This document shows, in pieces, positions 1 through 14,100 of a DNA stretch of 64,000 bases. The stretch comes from Owenia fusiformis. Lineage: Eukaryota. Below the pieces are notes generated by a model. That model made no database searches. It had not been told where the DNA came from and saw nothing but the letters and a program-made list of their open reading frames with translations. The position numbers and the translations under genes are program-made. The stretch lies in NCBI GenBank assembly GCA_903813345.2, contig CAIIXF020000001.1, positions 27,466,001 to 27,530,000 of the forward strand, read 5' to 3'. Numbering within the stretch: position 1 is the first letter of the stretch; the number at the start of each line of letters is the position of its first letter.

Positions 1-39
1 TTAAGATTGCAAGCAATCTTACGGAGGCCCCGTAGGCTT

Positions 40-914
40 TTTTGAACATTTAAAGGTCAGCCAAAGGTCAAATCTTAAATACAATGTCATATATGAACTC
101 CAGGCATCTTGTAGATGATTTAAAAAAAAAAGTTTGGTCAATTTGAAGCAATGTGAAATTTGACCTTGAAAAATTTCAACATTAGACCTTTTTCAGTTTT
201 TGAGGTCCAATATCTCAAAACTGGTGCAGAATTTTAATAGATAATCAATTGTTAATATGTGTAACCTTTAGAGAAATATATATCTTGACTTTAATTCAAA
301 AATATTGATTTGTAGTCACAAACTTTGAGAAACTTAGAAAACACAGTTTGTGATCTTGTTTGATGACCTTGACATTTGACCTTAAAAATTTTACTTTTTT
401 AGACCTCAGTGGGTCCTTTGTGATCAAATATACCTAAATTTGAATCCGGAAAATCAATTTGAAAAATCAACTTTTTTTACCTTCCGAAGGTCACCGAAGG
501 TCAACCAAAGGTCAAAAGTCAAAAGTAAGGACATATTTGAGTTCCTGAGATCTTGTAGATGATTTTTAAAAAAGATTCTGGTTCATTTGAAGCAAGTTGA
601 AAAATGACTGATTTTTGCTGATTTTTGCCGATTTTTGACGTCAAATATCTCAAAAACGGTAAAAAATTAACGCGTACATATAGTGAGTGTAAATTTGAAG
701 CAAGTTGAAATTTGACCTTAAAAAATTCCGAAATTTCACCGTTTTCAGTTTTTGAGCTCTAATATCTCAAAGCTGGTGCAAAATTTTAATAGATAGTCAA
801 TTGCTAATATGTGTAGAACCTTTAGAGGAATATATATCCAGACTTCCATTCAAAACTATTGATTTGTAGTTACAAACTTTGAGAAACTTAGATAGAACAG
901 TTTGTGACCTCATT
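40..914. repeat. Degenerate tandemly duplicated ~0.45-0.55-kb repeat (GGTCAA/TTGACC-rich, probably a non-autonomous DNA-transposon derivative) running into the assembly gap
   Basis: 143-358 (ttgaagcaatgtgaaatttgaccttgaaaaa...aaactttgagaaacttagaaaacacagtttgtga) recurs at ~695-910. 52-150 recurs at ~497-600. Seen directly; family assignment is inference. Confidence 0.65.
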
Positions 915-1414
915 NNNNNNNNNNNNNNNNNNNNNNNNNNNNNNNNNNNNNNNNNNNNNNNNNNNNNNNNNNNNNNNNNNNNNNNNNNNNNNNNNNNNNN
1001 NNNNNNNNNNNNNNNNNNNNNNNNNNNNNNNNNNNNNNNNNNNNNNNNNNNNNNNNNNNNNNNNNNNNNNNNNNNNNNNNNNNNNNNNNNNNNNNNNNNN
1101 NNNNNNNNNNNNNNNNNNNNNNNNNNNNNNNNNNNNNNNNNNNNNNNNNNNNNNNNNNNNNNNNNNNNNNNNNNNNNNNNNNNNNNNNNNNNNNNNNNNN
1201 NNNNNNNNNNNNNNNNNNNNNNNNNNNNNNNNNNNNNNNNNNNNNNNNNNNNNNNNNNNNNNNNNNNNNNNNNNNNNNNNNNNNNNNNNNNNNNNNNNNN
1301 NNNNNNNNNNNNNNNNNNNNNNNNNNNNNNNNNNNNNNNNNNNNNNNNNNNNNNNNNNNNNNNNNNNNNNNNNNNNNNNNNNNNNNNNNNNNNNNNNNNN
1401 NNNNNNNNNNNNNN
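915..1414. other. Assembly gap (500 N)
   Basis: Run of N; the three X-filled ORFs spanning it are artefacts. Confidence 1.
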
Positions 1415-1579
1415 GTTTCAATGTGAAAACGTCAACTCTTACATATGTGAAATATATAATTATAAATAACACAAATGTATTATCTTAAAAGCAAGGAAAT
1501 TGTATCCCAGGCTTCCATCTCGTTATTCTGCCATATATGGAAAAATCGAATGTAACGGCCACACAAAGGTGTATGTGTA

Positions 1580-1905
1580 TGTATCTTTTATTTCCCAATT
1601 TGGAATTGGAGTTTTTAAACATAAGCACATTTATATGTATACACGTATACAAGTTGACATGAACATTATTTACATTTTATATAAAATAAATTAAAACGTT
1701 ACGTAGGATATGGTGGAGTTAAATCGATGTCCCCAGCCTTACAATTGTATTGATGTATTTGAAGAACACTTCTACATAGATTGCAGAGGTCGGCTTGTAC
1801 CATAGCGCTAAAGTTGTCGAGGTGTAAGGACGCATTGCCAAAGATTGCTCTAATATCATTGATGAATGTTTGTCTGTGTTCCGTGTAGGCTTGACACTTC
1901 AGCAA
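1580..1905 (-). mobile_element. Probable 5'-truncated non-LTR retrotransposon (LINE) 3' end
   Basis: ORF 1699-1905 begins LKCQAYTEHRQTFI, resembling the C-x-x-Y-x-x-x-R tail after the terminal Cys motif of LINE ORF2 proteins. It is followed on the - strand by an AATAAA-like signal near 1585-1595. Resemblance only. Confidence 0.35.
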
Positions 1906-1968
1906 AGCTTGATTTAATTGTTAACTGCGAGGAGATCTTGGTTTTTAACAAATTTCAAGTCAAGAACT

Positions 1969-4900
1969 ATGGATAAATTTTTGGTTACACTCACCATGTT
2001 ATGCTGTGTTCGCGGGAACATATTAGATGGGATTTTCGAAAACAAAGATGTATGCGCTGATACTGCAACGCTGACATCTGCAATCCAGTTTCTTCTTCAT
2101 GACGTAAGCAGACTTAATTGCGCACGGACGTGCTACGAAACACCTGACTGCACTGCGTTGTCGTATTCAAAAAGCTCAAAATCGTGTACGCTATATGAGC
2201 TGACGATGATAGAACCACCTTGTCCTTTCGTTGAACGACTTCTTGTAAAGGTGAGGCATGACTTCGTAATATCTTATCATAATCGTTATATATAATATAT
2301 ACATTCGAATGCCTTCCTATCATGTTTACACTTATATTTCTATTACAGGGATTTAAATGTTTCAACGGAGGACGTGGCGTTAGAAATGAATGCATATGTT
2401 ACGGTGACTTTACTGGTGTAACCTGCTTGGGTAAGTATACCTTTGAAACCAACCCTATAACAACATCTATACAAGAGTTAACAATCCATAGCATTTTTAG
2501 GAAATTCATACTTTATTTCACAAACCATATTCAAAAATATGCACATTGCATGTAGTGATCACAAATTGAAATTGACGATGGAAATAAGTCTATGTGTATA
2601 TTCTTGGTATATTCACACTTTGATAAATTATTATTGGTCCCTGGAAAGAGAACTGGTATAATGGAAGCTGCTATTTTTAAAAGTTGGTTAATGTACAAAG
2701 CGTTTTTTACCTTTTGAGTCCAATGGGAGAATAGGCCATGGGTCTTTAACAGGTCTATTTAAAGAGGATCTTTTGACAGGATTTTATGGGATTTCCCTGC
2801 ACTTAGCCTTTCTTGGAAAGGTCTTTTCAAAAATCCGATGGGACTCGCTTAAAGGACAGCAACAATGGGCAGGTCGATTCTTTTGTCGGTCCTTAGAGGC
2901 TAGATTTTGGACAAAGTGTATTTGATCCTTTTTTGATTTGTCTTTGAATAATTAGCGTATTGGAATATTTGGAAGCTGTTTTTTTCTGCTGGGGCTGAAA
3001 ACAAATGTCAAAAGTTATGATCATTCAAAGAAAATGTCTTGAAAATATTAAGTGTTTACAGGTACCGACAGGTAAAGTGTCTGCACATCAATGTATTTTG
3101 AGAAAAGCGCAGTATTTCACAATAGTACTGTGACACTTGTTTCAATGTGAAAACTTCAACTCTTACATCTATGAATATCACAAATGTATTATCTTAAAAG
3201 CAAGGAAAATTGTATCCAAGGCTTCCATCTCGTTATTCTGCCATATATCACACCCGGTGATCGTGAAAATGGGACGGAGGGGGGGGAGCAGGCAATTTCC
3301 GCTAGAAAATTCAACAAATCTGGTAAAATTATTTTTTCAAGACAGAGTTTACGATTGAATTGCAAATTGAATAAGCGCACCGTATGATAAAATATGTTAG
3401 GTATTCTAGGATTATTTTTAAACCGATACTCTTTTAAGATATAAGATCTATTAAAAAAGGCGCAACGCAACCAACGTGCAAAAGTCAAAGTTTTTGCTAT
3501 AAATCAAGCAACAATGGACTACACGACCTGTAATAAATACTTGTAAGTGATGTTATCATAACTAAATTAATGTCATTGCTGAATTTATAAAATAAGTTTC
3601 CATACGTAAAATAAAAAATAATCGAAAATAATTAAAATGGGACGGAGGGGGGGAGGGGACGGAGGGGGGAGTAATAATTCTATAAAGTGAAACAACTTCA
3701 CACGAATTCTTGTATTTGAAAAATGAACTCATTAACTTAGTAAGAAACTGGATGATATACCCTTGGAGACTGAAAAATGGGGACATTTGGAGTAAAAGGA
3801 CTTAAAGTCGCGAAACATCTCTAATCATGTCTTATATACATATTGCTCCCCCCCTCCGTCCCCTCCCCCCCCTCCGTCCCAAATTCATTATTTTCGATTA
3901 TTTTTTATTTCACATATGGAAACTTATTTTATAAATTCAGCAATGACATTAATTTAATTATGATAACATCACTTACAAGTATTTATTACAGGTCGTCCAG
4001 GCCATTGTTGCTTGATTTATAGCAAAAATGTTGATTTGTGCCTGTTGATGGCCTCGCGCCTTTTTTAATAGATCTCATACCTTAGATACGTATCGTTTCA
4101 GAAAAAATCCCAGAAAACCTAACATATTCTACCATACCGTGCGCCTATCCATTAAGCAATTCAATAGTAAACATTTTCTTGAAAAAATAAATCTTCCAGA
4201 TTTGTTGAATTTCCTAGCATTAATTGCCTGCTCCCCCCCCCCCCTCCGTCCCATATTCACGATCACCGGGTGTGTATATGGAGATATCTTTATTACAAAA
4301 TTCGAATTCAAACAGCCGCCAATTTGTTCACTTCAGAGTTTGAATAGCGAGTTTTGATCTTATTTCTAAATAAAAAAATTCAAAACACACAAGACGTAAT
4401 CGAGATATTGGTCCGAATCTGTTGGACTGTTTATTATGAAATAATAGTCAGTTATAATGTCAGAAAATAAGGACATTTTGAATGTTGATATCGATTAACG
4501 TCAAGGTCAACATCGAGTAGCGTCCCTTGAATTCATTTCTCTATGATCGTAAGTATATGTGAACAGCATTAGAAGTTACTAAAACTTCTTGTCACCAATT
4601 GAACATTGATATCTTATGATAGAAAACGTCTAAACAATTTGATACAAAACAATTACCTTAATTCCACACAAATTTTACTGACACCTCTCACTTAGGAGAG
4701 TGATCATTCCAATTGCTGGAAAACATCTCATCCAATCATTTATTGGCCATCACATCTATGGTATCTTTACTATCTCAATAACATTCCCAGATATAATATC
4801 CCATTCTCTAGATTACAAACGTCCATTTAACAAGTTTGTTATGTTACTCTCCAGATACATCAATTAACACACAATGTCTGAATTGCTTCAATGAATTATT

Positions 4901-7900
4901 GTAACCAATTAAAATCAATGCATATTATGAAGATATGATCCACTGATGTTTGAAGTATGATGTTTGAACTTAATATTATATATACTACTCAGATGGTATA
5001 TATGTAACCCTATCTCACGTACCGTGAAAATTTTGAATCTAAACTGAAGTACCTCGTGGCTTGCGCTATGGATCTGGCACATCTCGCCACGTGGTATCTC
5101 AAATTATCAAACCAGATGAGACATCTAGTGAAACAAGTGATACAAGGATCTGAAACCTGGTCAAAGCTGGTCAAAATGGCAATGTTATTTTCCTATACCT
5201 AGTGAAAAAAATCGACTGATCCGTATAAAAAGCGACCTGGCAATGACCAGTGGAAAGCCCCTTAGGACATACACTGCATGCACTGAAGCCCAACATGTAC
5301 ATGTACTAAAGGGGGGAAATTCCACTTGCCCAATGGAGTTCCACCGTGCCCCATTGAGCACTTCGAAGTCTCACGGGACATCATTAACGTAGTCCCATTG
5401 AGTCCCACCGTGTCCCATGGAGTCCCTCGAAAATGGTGTAATTTAGTTAAAAAGGTTTTACCTTTACATTGATCCAAAAGTCACCTGCCACGTCTCCTTA
5501 TCAAAGGAACAACAATGCCCCATGTTAAGAATGAACGTGTTCATTCTCGAGTCCCATAGGGAAGTTGTACACCAAGGTTAAAGGTCAATAATCTAAGAAA
5601 GTGAAGAATCGTCATTTTGCAGTAGTCTATTTTTTCAAAATAAAAAAGCCGTACAAAAAGTAATAAAAATACCATATTATTATTTTATACTTAATTTGCA
5701 TTTTTATATATACCAAGTTGTTATAATTTTATTTCAAAAACATTTGATACTCAAAATATTTAGTTGTCGTCATAGAAACTAGCATCGAAATGAACCAAAT
5801 GATATAATATAATGATGATTTTTAGATCATTAATTACTTGAAAATGCATGGATTAACCTCGTAACAGAATCTACTACTTTATGTATTTCTTTATATGTCA
5901 TTGTCCCAAAATATTGAATCATTATCTCAACGGAAGGATGCCAAAATGGCGAACAATGGGGACATCCGACTCTTCCGAAGGACATTGACATTAGTTTAGA
6001 GGATAACTACCGTTCGATACACTCTCACTCAAGGCTTTTATCTTTAGTTTTAACAAATTGTTTCATATAAATAGGCCTCATTGTGTGAGTTATTGTAATC
6101 ATCCACTTGTTATAATTGCAATAACGTCCAGGGTATCATTCGTTCCTTATCGCTCAAACAATATCTATTGATTCTGCTTCGATTTCACAAAGTATACATT
6201 TACTTAGATAGTAGTATAGGGGAGAGTGACAGGAATAAGGATATTATGATATTACGCAAGTCTGCTAGTTTCAAAGTTGATTAGTCCTAATTTTCGACAT
6301 GTTTTCTTATAATATAAATAACTTCAAATGAGTTATTTTTCCAGAAAGTGATTTCTAATAGCATTTTTTCTTAAGATGATCCTTGACCTCAAATTAACTT
6401 TCCAGAAAATAAATAAAGTGGTGCAATGATGGTGTAAAAGTTAGCGAAGTTATTTTTTTATATTGTATTTTCATTTTTGAACAACAACCTTTTTTGATAT
6501 TTCTATTTTTACACATGGTTATATTTTTTCGTTTTGCCTTCCATTTGTCCCATAAGTGGTGTCTCAAACACTCGCCTCGTTTCAAAATGAAATTATATAA
6601 CTTGCAGAACCTGTTGCTACAACTACGTCTACTGCAGCGCCGACGACAGAAGTCGTTACTACTGCTCCAGCTCTCCCAGGTATACATGTACAATGATTAA
6701 TATTACATTAAGCATTAGTTGTTCAGTCAGTATTTAGCTCATATGGTGTGAGTTATTGTTGTCACCCACTATCCCTCCGTCCGAGCCGTCTTTCAACATA
6801 TTGGTACCTCATTCGAAATCCCCAATGACAATTCAAATGGTTTCACTTTAAAATGTGTCAATTAAAAGGTCCATTTGTCCCATTAGTGGTGTCTCAAAAG
6901 CTCGCCTCGTTTCAAAATGGCGGCTAGTTTTATTGCCAAAAAATCAGGTCTTCAGCTTTATTTGTTATAATTCAATTGAGTATTTTAACAATTCAAATGG
7001 TTTTGCTCTTAAAATGTGTGGATAAAGTACAATTGTCCCATAAGTGGCGTCGCAAAAGCTCGCCTCTTACAAAATGCACTTTTATCCCGAAAAACCAGGC
7101 GTTATTCTCTTAATGTGCAAGGAGTTTTACATGTAGCTTATTTCATAGGTTAAAAATAATGTCTACAAGTTTCGACAAAATATGGCGCAAAGATTCAAAG
7201 TATCCCGATCCGCAACTTGAGATATCTCTTTTTATCCAAACGTACTGCATTAATTTGTTTAAAGATGTACAGATTGAGAGTAAGAAGTCAAGAAATTTTG
7301 GCAAAAAATCTCGTAAAGGATTGGTATCGATATTGAGAACTGAATTCAACAATGTTTTTCTCTTAAGCCAATCATTGATAACTTTCTGTAAAAACACGTT
7401 TTTATGTAATGTTGACTAATTGACAACAATTTAATGCGAAAATTATTTAGAAATATTTTATATAACTGTTTTTGTTGATAAACCTTTTATTTCATTAACA
7501 AGATACTTTTTTAAAATCAACCAAAGTTTCCTTTGTACAATTACAATATTGAGAGACCTAAACATGTTGTGTTTATATATCGTTTTTTTCCAATGAGGTT
7601 CGGAAAGATGTTTCATTTCACTCGGGAAACATGATACCAAGAACAAAACAAGTGTTTGATTTGTTTTCTAAAACAATATAGATGAAAGTATATATAGTTT
7701 TTCAAATTACATTGTTACCATTCAAAAGATGACCATTAAATTGACGATGTGTTAAATTTTTAGATTTTTTATGACTGGTTTAAGAGAAACGTGTGTTCAA
7801 AAAGATCTCCACATCGATACCATTCCTTTAAAAATTGCCGCCGTTGTAATTGCTGAAATATCCTTTTTCAGCTCTTTATTGTCATTACTCATCAAGGTAT

Positions 7901-9649
7901 TCGATCAATTCAATGCTTGAAATTTTACAGCTACCTTATTTTAATGTCTCCAAGTTACAACAATGGCCATGGTCTTTTGAAAACGGGTACACTATGTGCG
8001 CCCAGTGCTTATGGTACTATTCTATTTAAAGGTCATATATAAAGTTTAAACTACTTCGGCTTATTTTGTAGTCTTACCAAATGTTATCAAGTTGTGATGT
8101 GGGAAACTTTGTTTTTGAATTTCAAAAAGTGGTTTTGAAGGACTTTTTGTTCGAAAAATCGTGAATTTATTCAAAACTTTAGAGCACATAAACATCTTTT
8201 AAAAAGTGATAATTCACACCTATGCATAGCATTAATTCGCACGTGTCTTTTGTATAAATAAGTATGAAAATTGATTGATAAATAAGCGAGAAATGAACTC
8301 ATCCATGTGTGAAAGTAGTTCAGAGAAAAATGCATTTTAAAAGTTTAGTTCTGATAAAAACAAATGGTACAGCAATATTTAAACACAATATATTCTTCTT
8401 TTCAACCCAGTTAGACAATCGATATTGGTTTATTTTGAAAGTTTAGCATATCATTTAGACACAGTTGTCAAAAGAAATTGAATTTTTTCCAAAGGATTTT
8501 TGCACCCTAAATGACATCACGATGATAAGTTTATATGTTTTGCCCTATATAGTGGAATATTTGATGATTAAAAACGTTCAACTTTTATTTGAAAAATGGC
8601 GGGAAATTTGAATATTTGAAAAAATGAAAATCGAAATAACTTCTTTCCCTAATTTTTTTTCAAAATCTCTAAATAACTTTTAAAGTCATGAAAAATACTA
8701 AATGAATGATAAAAACATATTTTCAAATTTCAGAAAAATAAGCAAAATGACTACTTTTTGTTTTCAATCATTTAGAAATGTTCTTGTCATGGGAAGTAAA
8801 TCTCAAATCTCATTATGCGAATTTTAATAATTTCAGTTTTAAAATTGTACAGGTTTATTTCCAGAATTGCCACGCGCCCATTATCTTTGTCTAGCAACGA
8901 TTCAATACATTACACTTCTGAAATAATTATAATATGTGTCCATTTCTCCGCCTGATACGTTTTGTAGCTTTTTTATTATAGTTCCAGATGTGCACATTTC
9001 CTTTAACATTGATTCTGTGAGTGGGACAACGATCACCTCAACCGATGGCCTTCTCAGTGGAACACTTTGGTCTTCTCCTTACTTCGTATCAGGTAAGGTA
9101 GGAAAGACCATATCATTTGACGGAACTGGACAGATGATCGATTTTGGAAATCAGCGCGCTACCTGCTTTGGAAATCTTGACAATTGTGTCAATGGACACA
9201 GCATGGTATTTTGGTTTTATCACACACCAACTATATCCACATACTATTACTATATATCATCAGGTGGACAACCTAACGGTGGAACTAGCCATGGAATAGC
9301 GGTCCGGATTAATGCGGATGACACTCTTGGTTTCTACCATGCAACAACAGCGAATAAACAATGGGACACTACGGTGAACAATATTGCTACCAACACATGG
9401 TATCACATAAGCGTAACGTGGAGCACAACTGGCGGACAGAATGTGTACATAAATGGCATACTCAAAGCGTCAAACACCAACCCATATACCAGAATTAATT
9501 CACCAACATCATACAACAACTTCAAACTCGGAGTCCCAAACAACTACAATGGGTTATATGCAAAAGGAATGCTGGATGAATTCCGTTTCTACGAGGTAGA
9601 ACTAAGTTCTTCTGATATAGCCGCGATATATTCAGTCGATAACATTTGA
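1969..9649 (+). CDS. Secreted multidomain protein: signal peptide - PAN/Apple domain - reduced EGF-like - Thr/Pro-rich linker - LamG/concanavalin-A/pentraxin-like domain (~367 aa)
   Basis: Exons 1969-2250, 2349-2430, 6608-6679 and 8982-9649 (alternative in-frame acceptor 8988). All introns are GT-AG with consistent phases 0,1,1; total 1104 nt. Motifs: MDKFLVTLTMLCCVRG signal; CARTCYETPDCTALSYSKSSKSCTLY (PAN); CFNGG..CICYGDFTGVTC (EGF); EPVATTTSTAAPTTEVVTTAPALP; GKVGKTISFDG, WYHISVTW..VYING, GMLDEFRFY..LS (LamG). Confidence 0.85.
3249..4274. mobile_element. Fold-back non-autonomous DNA transposon (MITE-like) with ~430-bp inverted arms, in intron 2 of the PAN-LamG gene
   Basis: Begins cacacccggtgatcgtgaaaatgggacggagg and ends cctccgtcccatattcacgatcaccgggtgtg. 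Arms 3249-~3675 and ~3845-4274 are reverse complements. Both sides are flanked by tatat. Confidence 0.9.
6540..7075. repeat. Three dispersed copies of a ~50-bp motif (tgtcccat(a/t)agtggtgtctcaaa-ctcgcctcgtttcaaaatg), with a tttagctca...gtgagttattg..cac head at ~6732 reminiscent of Helentron-associated non-autonomous elements
   Basis: Copies at ~6543-6590, ~6873-6920 and ~7032-7076 are seen directly. The Helentron/HINE label is inference. Confidence 0.5.
7300..7840. mobile_element. Degenerate palindromic (MITE-like) element
   Basis: aaaggattggtatcgat (~7315) pairs with atcgataccattccttt (~7813); ttctcttaagccaatcat pairs with atgactggtttaagagaa. Confidence 0.5.
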
Positions 9650-9787
9650 TTTATGATAAGCATTTTAAAAGGCATTGTGTATAGTTTTCATGATTATCAT
9701 GTACAATGGACATAGTCACTCACGAGACAGGCAAGTGCTGCGTAAAATTATATAACATAGAAATTTGAAAATGAAATCAACTGACAG

Positions 9788-9972
9788 CAGGCCCGTAGCC
9801 AGAGGGGGGAGCTGGGGGAGCGGAAGTCCCCCCCCTGGCCAGAAATTCTTTCAAAACCATGCAGTTTTGCACCATTCTGAGAATTTTTCACATGCTTTTT
9901 AGCCAAAATTGTGAAAAAGCCCCCTTCCCCTTGGAAAAAAGCTCCCCCTCCAAGTAAAAGCTGGCTACGGGC
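9788..9972. mobile_element. Short MITE with gcccgtagccag / ctggctacgggc terminal inverted repeats and G/C runs, just 3' of the LamG gene stop
   Basis: TIR seen directly at 9791-9802 and 9961-9972; no clean TSD. Confidence 0.7.
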
Positions 9973-11192
9973 AAAGACAGTATCACATTTTTATACCTTA
10001 AAATGCCTCGCCTATTCTTTTCGCTCCCCAGTTTGGCTTATATTATCTATTTCTAATAGGCTCTAGGCTCCGCCATGGTCACCACAACGTTTAGATATCG
10101 AACCTTCAACTATGCACATAATTTCCCAATACCATCGTCGGTTATTTGGGCTCTATGGGCCCCGGGGTCTATGGGATGGAGTTTTGTCGTCATGTCAGTA
10201 AAATCCCCCTTCAACAACCATTTGACTGGATTGAAACTTTGACTGATCCGTGACCATCATTATGACACATATCATGTTCTTGATTTCTTTGTGTCTATGT
10301 TAATTCAAAGTTGACAAGCCCTAAAAATATTTTTGCACAGAGCTAATTGTCTAGAAGTGATTTTTGCTAGTTTCCTCTATCGTTATAGGCAATGTCATAT
10401 CAGCTAAAAGTTGATGAAATCACTTCCTGTGTGAAATGTTAAAAGATGGCAGCATACTGGAAAATGAGTACTGGTGATCAATGTTGACCATATTAAACAT
10501 TTTCCCGTGTTTTGCTTGATATGGAACCTACAATTCAATTGTATATTTTAGTAATGTAACTAAAGTATATACTCAGAACTAATCATCTAGGACAAATGTA
10601 ACAAGATATAGACATGGTTCCCATGGACATGTCTTAGTAGAAATATAAATAAAAAGTAGCTGCCTGGCGATAGAAACTAGAATACATATTCACCATCACG
10701 CACTTGTACTTTAATAGAAAATAAGAATTGTCTGGAAGGAAAAATATCTGGAAATTATTATCCCTCATGCGTTATCATAATAATTATCTTTGGAAATGTA
10801 AACATAAATATAAAAAAAATCTAGTTTTGTGTTGAATAAAATATTTGATGAAAAAGGAAGATTTTTCTGACGACATCTATACATTTAAGATGGATATAAA
10901 ACTAGGACCTGTAACTAGTTGGACTATCCATTCGTTCTCTACGTTGTTAACGTATCATTCTGTTACCCATCAATATTGTCTGGTGATATATTTTATCACA
11001 ATATATCAGTCGGGAGCTAGACTTTACATCCTCGGAAACCAGGTTAGGATCACCTGGGTTCCTAGAATGTATGGTCAAATATGTCAAGTCAAGTATGACA
11101 AGTCAAGTATCAAGTCAAGTATATCAACAGTGACATCAAACAAAACAAAACTGAATGTACATTTCCATACAGTATTCGAAACATTTATTTTT

Positions 11193-14100
11193 TCATTTTT
11201 GATTACAAGCAAATGTGCCTATTTTTGATGCTATGGCTTTGGCGAGGCTTAAATCAGCAACTTGATAAAGAGGTGGTAGGAACGTGTGTTCCGCATCGGG
11301 GTCGGTAGCAAGATCATTCCAGTGGGTCCCAGGGTCTTTAGCTCGCTTGTGGGGTAAGCCAACTACAATGACATCTGCATTGTAGGGATGTCCCTCAAGT
11401 TTCCTGGCTAGTGCCACAGCTTTTGGCTTAAAACGTTTTGGATGCGTCACACCATCGGTTATGATACAAACAATATTCTTATTGTTAGGCCGATCTCCAT
11501 TTTTATCCAAGTACTCCTCGGAGATTTGCTTAAGAGCTTTATCTGTTCTTGTTTTCCTCCCGTCTAACTCCATAAATAAGCCAGCAATATTGTCCAAGAC
11601 TCCATCTTTTGTGTTGTTAGTATTTAAGTAAAACTGGTCTTTGACGGTCTTGTCGAATACCAGTGCTGCAAACTGCGCTTCTGTCTGACCGGGACCAACT
11701 TCGAACTGGTTGACTATGTTTGCCATTAACGATGTCACGTCTTTTAATACTTCTCGCTTTACACTGTAGCTGTTATCTACCGCAAATACCACGTCGGGAC
11801 CACATTCTTAAAAAAGCATATGAACTTTTCATAATAATAATTGTGCTAAGAGCTGTAAGACGTATCACAGCGTAATCAAACACAGGAATATGTATCCGAT
11901 GAATTAGTTTCGAGATCTATTTTTAATCTAGATGTGACATAAAATTGAATAAAATATTGACAAATAGTTGGTTCTCTAAGGATTTATCTCATTCCTCTCA
12001 TGATCAAATAAAAAATACTTGTACATTATTATTAAAATAAAAGATGCTTGCATATCTTTTATATCATTATTAAAATAAAAAATATTTGTATATTATTGGA
12101 AATTAGATTTGTTATTTAATGTATGGTCATGATAAATAAATCTGTACAGACATCATTTGAAGGACATTTTTAAAATTACTTACGTGGTATTGGAATGTCG
12201 TCGCCTAGTCCGGCTGAAAAATAATAACGTAACTAAAAAAGATGCAAATGGTACTTTTACAACCGATTATCAATGTGTTATCAACCAGTAAATTTATTTG
12301 AGCAAACTGTCTTATTTGATATTAAATAATAATCACCTATAATGTTCAAACTATTCAGACAAACGTACCATTAATACGTCAATCGAAATACATATCTGAC
12401 TTGCATTAACTGACATTATATTGCTATTCAGACTTTCCACTTTGATAAAGAAATATCAAATTTACTTGAGCAATCCGTTCCAGACCAGATTTTGTTGCTT
12501 CAGGCCATTTTCGATTTAACATTGCCAATTTAACAATCAATGTGTAAGTCTTACATTGGAAGTAAATATATCTCAATTGGACAAGGTCTTTATTTAATAT
12601 TCTATAACCATAAAGGCACTAACCGTCATCACCTAGTGGGGGCAGATCAAAATGTGGTGGTCCTGTAAAATAAAATACCGTAGTGTTATCAATGGAAGCT
12701 CCATCTATACGCAGTAGTTAACTTCATCGCCATTAGGCAAAAGAGAATCGTTTTAAAGATATTGAAAATAGTAAAATTATCCAATTATATTTTTCGTAAA
12801 ATTGTACCTACTGTACCTCAAAGAATGGGGTATATAATCTCTTCTAATGATGAAATTCTTTATTTTTGAACGAGAGATGACAGTTGATTCTGATTATGAG
12901 AAACGACGAATGCTTTGAATTCCATGTGATCTTATACCAGTAATTACCCTTTGCAATCGTTCGACTTCGCTTCTCAAAATAGAGCTTCGTCTTCAGAAGC
13001 TCATAACTAGACTCTGCGCGCGGGGTAATTACCATCACTGTATGTTTAATATTACTTTTTGAGACAAAACAAATGAAACCGACATTCGTTTTTTAGTTCT
13101 TTTGAACTCTATTTTATGATCATTTTAAATAGACCATGCTACACTCTAAAAGGTTCAGAAAATGAATAAGGCATATTGTACTGATGGAGTAATGGATTCA
13201 ATTATTTGGAACAATAATTTAATCAAAACAATTGGAAAACAGAATAAAATAATGCCATATGAACAATTATCTCATATCATCGGAAAAATGCAACAAACCT
13301 AATTCAGTATTTAGGCTTAAAAGCCAATATTAGCAAACAAATTATTGATGAAAATATGAATACTAATGAAGACAATATTAATTTTATGGGTAAAGATATA
13401 ACACAATGTACCACATCAGATTTTAAAAATGAATTCGTTAAATATAAACATGTTGGCATTTTAATAAATAATATGAAAATTGATAAAAGTTCTTGGTTAG
13501 GTGCTCATAATTGTACTTATGAAAATGTGTTCCGTATTTTACATTGGAAGTCACTTCACAATATTTTTCCGTGTAATTCGATTCTGTTAAAGTTAAAGTT
13601 ATTAACCATTAAAATAGCTTTCTAATTAATCTAAATATTGTGTCGGTTGCAGTGATTGCCTAATGCGATTTAGTGAATCATACACTATTGAACGGTGATA
13701 GACAATGAATTACATTATTTGATTTATATCAAAATTGAATCCGGCCGACATTGTTGGTGAAGTTAACTGCAGCCATCGCCAATGTCTTTCAAATCAGAAA
13801 CACATTTTCAACACACATACGAGAATACGGCAATACTCACTATCTTGAAATAAAGCTCTAAGTGCATAGAGCCTAGGCACGATCCATAAGGAAGGTTGAT
13901 CCCAATTATACGTTCCTCCTACTTGGAAATCTTCATCGTACCTAAAGATGTTATAAAATAGAGGTGCTAAAAGTATGGCTAGTATTTACAAAAGTAATAT
14001 TTTAATAGGTTCCTTTTAGATAAAGTGGAAAACAATATTTCCCATGTTATTTTCCCATAGGGAAAAATCATTGCTTTCAGCTAAGTTTGGTCACCCATAA

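Noticed and set aside
879-1488. Three ~195-aa ORFs
   Set aside because: They consist of N-gap X residues.
10845-11228. 127-aa + strand ORF
   Set aside because: Antisense to the VWA gene 3' end and UTR; no motifs, non-ATG start.
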